This document shows, in pieces, positions 61,401 through 64,000 of a stretch of 64,000 nucleotides of DNA (positions within the stretch are counted from its first letter, which is position 1; every line of letters begins with the position of its first letter). The stretch is from Nitrosopumilus sp. GTDB lineage: Archaea; Thermoproteota; Nitrososphaeria; Nitrososphaerales; Nitrosopumilaceae. Position numbers and translations under genes: made by a program. Location: positions 1,996,249-2,060,248 of the forward strand of contig OZ245040.1 of NCBI GenBank assembly GCA_965224195.1, given 5' to 3'. The notes beneath the pieces were generated by a model. It was not told where the DNA came from and ran no database searches. It worked only from the letters and a program-made list of their open reading frames with translations.

Positions 61401-64000
61401 ATGGCATTGTTTGGTGATGCACCTATTTGATTGCCTGAAACATCAGATACTGCAGCAGATAATATGTCCAGTTCTGGGGTAGTCAATGCAATGACTGACT
61501 GTCTTTGAGATTCAGCCAGCTTGATTTCTATGGAGGTGCTGTTGCCGACAGTTGTAATTCTGGCACCAGTCAGTGAAATATCATTGGTATTTCCTGACTC
61601 ACTGATGAATAGTAGGGATAGATCAACTGGAGTGGTTAATGTGTACTCGTGGACACTGTCACTGCCAATACCTACAGCAAACATCTTTGTTCCAGCAGGG
61701 TTAAATGCTACACCTGTTGGAGATGTGTCCTGTGAAGATACGTCGAAAGTGCCTGTATGGGAGGGATCAGATATGTTAAATGGGGCAGTTAATGCGTACT
61801 CATTGACATTACCATTACTATTACCTATAACAAACATCTTTGTTCCAGATGGGTTGAATGTTACATCTTGTGGAGACCTTTCCTGTGAAGATACTGAGAA
61901 AAGGCGTACAAAAGAGGAGTTAGATATGTTAAATGGGGAAGACAGCGTGTACTCGTTGATATTCCCATTGTCAGTACCTACAACAAACATCTTTGTTCCG
62001 TCTGAGTTGAATGCCACACCTGACGGAGATGTGTCCTGTGAAGATACTGAAAAGTCCCGTATAAAGGTGGGGTCAGATAAGTTAAAGGGAGAAGATAATG
62101 TGTACTCGTAAACATTCTCACTTTGAAAATCTACAACAAACATCTTTGTTCCGTCTGTGCTAAATGCCACATCTGTTGGAAGCGGGTAGTTTGAAGATAC
62201 TGAGAAAAGACGTACAAAGGAGGGGTTAGACATGTCAAAGGGAGAAGACAGCGTGTACTCATGGATGGCACCACTGCTGGTACCCACAACAAACATCTTT
62301 GTTCCGTCTGGGTTGAATGCTACACCTGACGGAGACGTGTCTCTGTTAGATACTGAGAAAGATCTGTCTGTATAGTCAGCAGTAGACAAGTCAAAGCCCT
62401 CGTTTGCAATTATCTCATCAAAAGTTATTGCCAGGATTCCGGTCTCCTCATTTAGTGCGGCTGAATGAAATGTTGGCGGGGTATTATCAGGTGTAACTGC
62501 AGTAGGACTGCCCGGTAATGGCGGCTGTACAGCATTGGTGGTAGTCACGGCATTGTCTGATGCTGCGTCAATGGCGTTTCCTGATATGTCCTGTACGGCA
62601 CCTACCCCAATGTCAAGCCACGGTGTGAGAGAGTTTGCAAGTGCTGTGCTTACCTGGGTTGGGGTCAGCTGAATCAGGATTTCAGTGCTGTTGCCTGCTG
62701 TTTGAACTGCCGCACCGGCAAGCGATGTCTGGTCTGTCTGTCCAGATGCGCTGAGGAACAGCTTTGCCAGGTCAATGCCTCCAGATTGTCTGTTGTCTAT
62801 TCTCTCATCAAATACAATTGTCAGCATGCCAGTACCTGCATCAAATCCTGCAGACACAAAGGCGGGCTTTACAGTATCAGCAGTGACATTCACGGCATTG
62901 TTTGGTGATGCGGTATTAGGATTGCCTGAAACATCATATACTGCTGCTGGCATAATGTCCAGTTGCGGTTCAGTAGAGTTGCCAATTACGTTGGTCCTCT
63001 GCCTCTCAGTTAGGGTAATTGCGATCTCGGCGTTGTTGCCAGTTGTGTCAATGCTTGCACCGGCAAGCGGTGTCTGGTTTACTGTATTGGGTGCGCTAAG
63101 GAACATCTTTGCCAGGTCAATGTCTGAGGACTGGGTGTTGCGTATTATCTCATCAAATTTAATTGTCAGTTTGCCAGTACCTGCATCAAATGTTACAGAA
63201 TACAAATCAGGCCCTAGGTCATCTACAATGACAATGTTACTGTTCATACCCAGCGAGCCAAAGGTCCCCGGAGGGTTTACGCTCAGTACAATTCCTTTTG
63301 GAGGCAGCGTCAGGACGGCATTGGCGTGCGGGAATGCGGCATCGCGAATGGTGCCGCCACTTAGTTCCAAGGAATTCATATCAAGATATTCAAGTTCAGG
63401 CGAGCTGTCACCAGGCTGAATTAAATAAGTAAAATGCAGCGTGTCAGTGTTGTTGCCTGAGGCATAATCAGCTATGCCAAAACCAAAGAGACCGTTGTGT
63501 ACATTCAGAGAGATATTCGGTGTGCCAGTAACAACTACAGGCGCAGAAAAGTGCACAGAGACGTCAATTAGTTCGTAAGTGCCATATGTGCCGTCAACAG
63601 TGTCAGAGGAGACGGCATTTACAACCACCTCCTTTTGCATATACATTACATATATGGCGCCTATGGTGTTTCTAGCGCTGAAATACATGTCTGCACCTAC
63701 TGCAATATCTACAGTGCCATCGCCGTTAAAATCACCAATGCCTGTGACGGATGTGCCGAAGCGGTCATAGTTGGAGAGTGAGGGGATGTTTGGAGTAGTG
63801 TCATCGATTTTTTTGATATTTTTTACGGTGCCGTCAGGATTCATGAACATTACGTAGACGGTACCTCTCTCAGTTCCTCCAGTATCATCATTATATGCAC
63901 CCACTGCAATGTCTGCAACGCCGTCGCCGTTGATGTCGCCAATGTTTGCGATGGATGTGCCAAACTGGTCATTGTTGGAAAGAGCAGCAGGGCCGTTTGT
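58491..64000 (-). CDS. Giant surface protein (FG-GAP repeats, Ig-like repeats, two beta-propeller repeat blocks, two Fn3); 5' end outside window, frameshift near 58910
   Basis: GDINGDGVADIAVGA FG-GAP; ten 51-aa FNPxGTKMFV repeats; APTNL..ITWTAP Fn3; ORF 58491-58889 (LPKWIK tail) continues it in the adjacent frame. Confidence 0.88.
58926..58997. repeat. 3 x 24-bp tandem repeat encoding a Ser/Gly linker
   Basis: GATGATGAAGAGGAACTACCGCCT three times. Confidence 0.95.

Noticed and set aside
59860-62400. 153-bp periodic repeats as CRISPR or DGR template/variable repeats
   Set aside because: In-frame coding repeats; no reverse transcriptase in the window and no adenine-specific variation evident.
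59045-63770. Plus-strand ORFs opposite the giant protein (and similar antisense ORFs over core genes)
   Set aside because: Antisense shadows of real genes with no independent motifs.

Overview
Chromosomal segment of an ammonia-oxidising archaeon (Nitrosopumilaceae-like Thaumarchaeota). 1-32.5 kb and 45.8-51.0 kb are core genome: pepA, 5S rRNA, ABCE1, the nuoABCDHIJKMLN operon, acetyl/propionyl-CoA carboxylase, rfcL, argH, sdhACDB, four tRNAs in total and a probable box C/D sRNA. A 13.1-kb plasmid-like element is integrated in tRNA-Asp (19-bp att repeats at 32593 and 45673). It carries an integrase, a second stop-interrupted recombinase, an AEP-PriX primase, a P-loop ATPase whose gene holds a mirror-symmetric 8-bp repeat array, and an IS5 that splits its regulator. 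51.1-64 kb is a second accessory region: MORC-like GHKL ATPase plus zinc-ribbon gene, hicBA, an IS, pseudogenes, a cupredoxin lacking copper ligands and a giant propeller/Ig/Fn3 surface protein. The most unusual signal is three unrelated repeat-spacer-repeat units with near-identical geometry (37-38 bp repeats, 34-36 bp spacers) and no cas genes in the window, as expected from off-target Cas1-Cas2 spacer integration. All calls come from reading the sequence; no searches were run.
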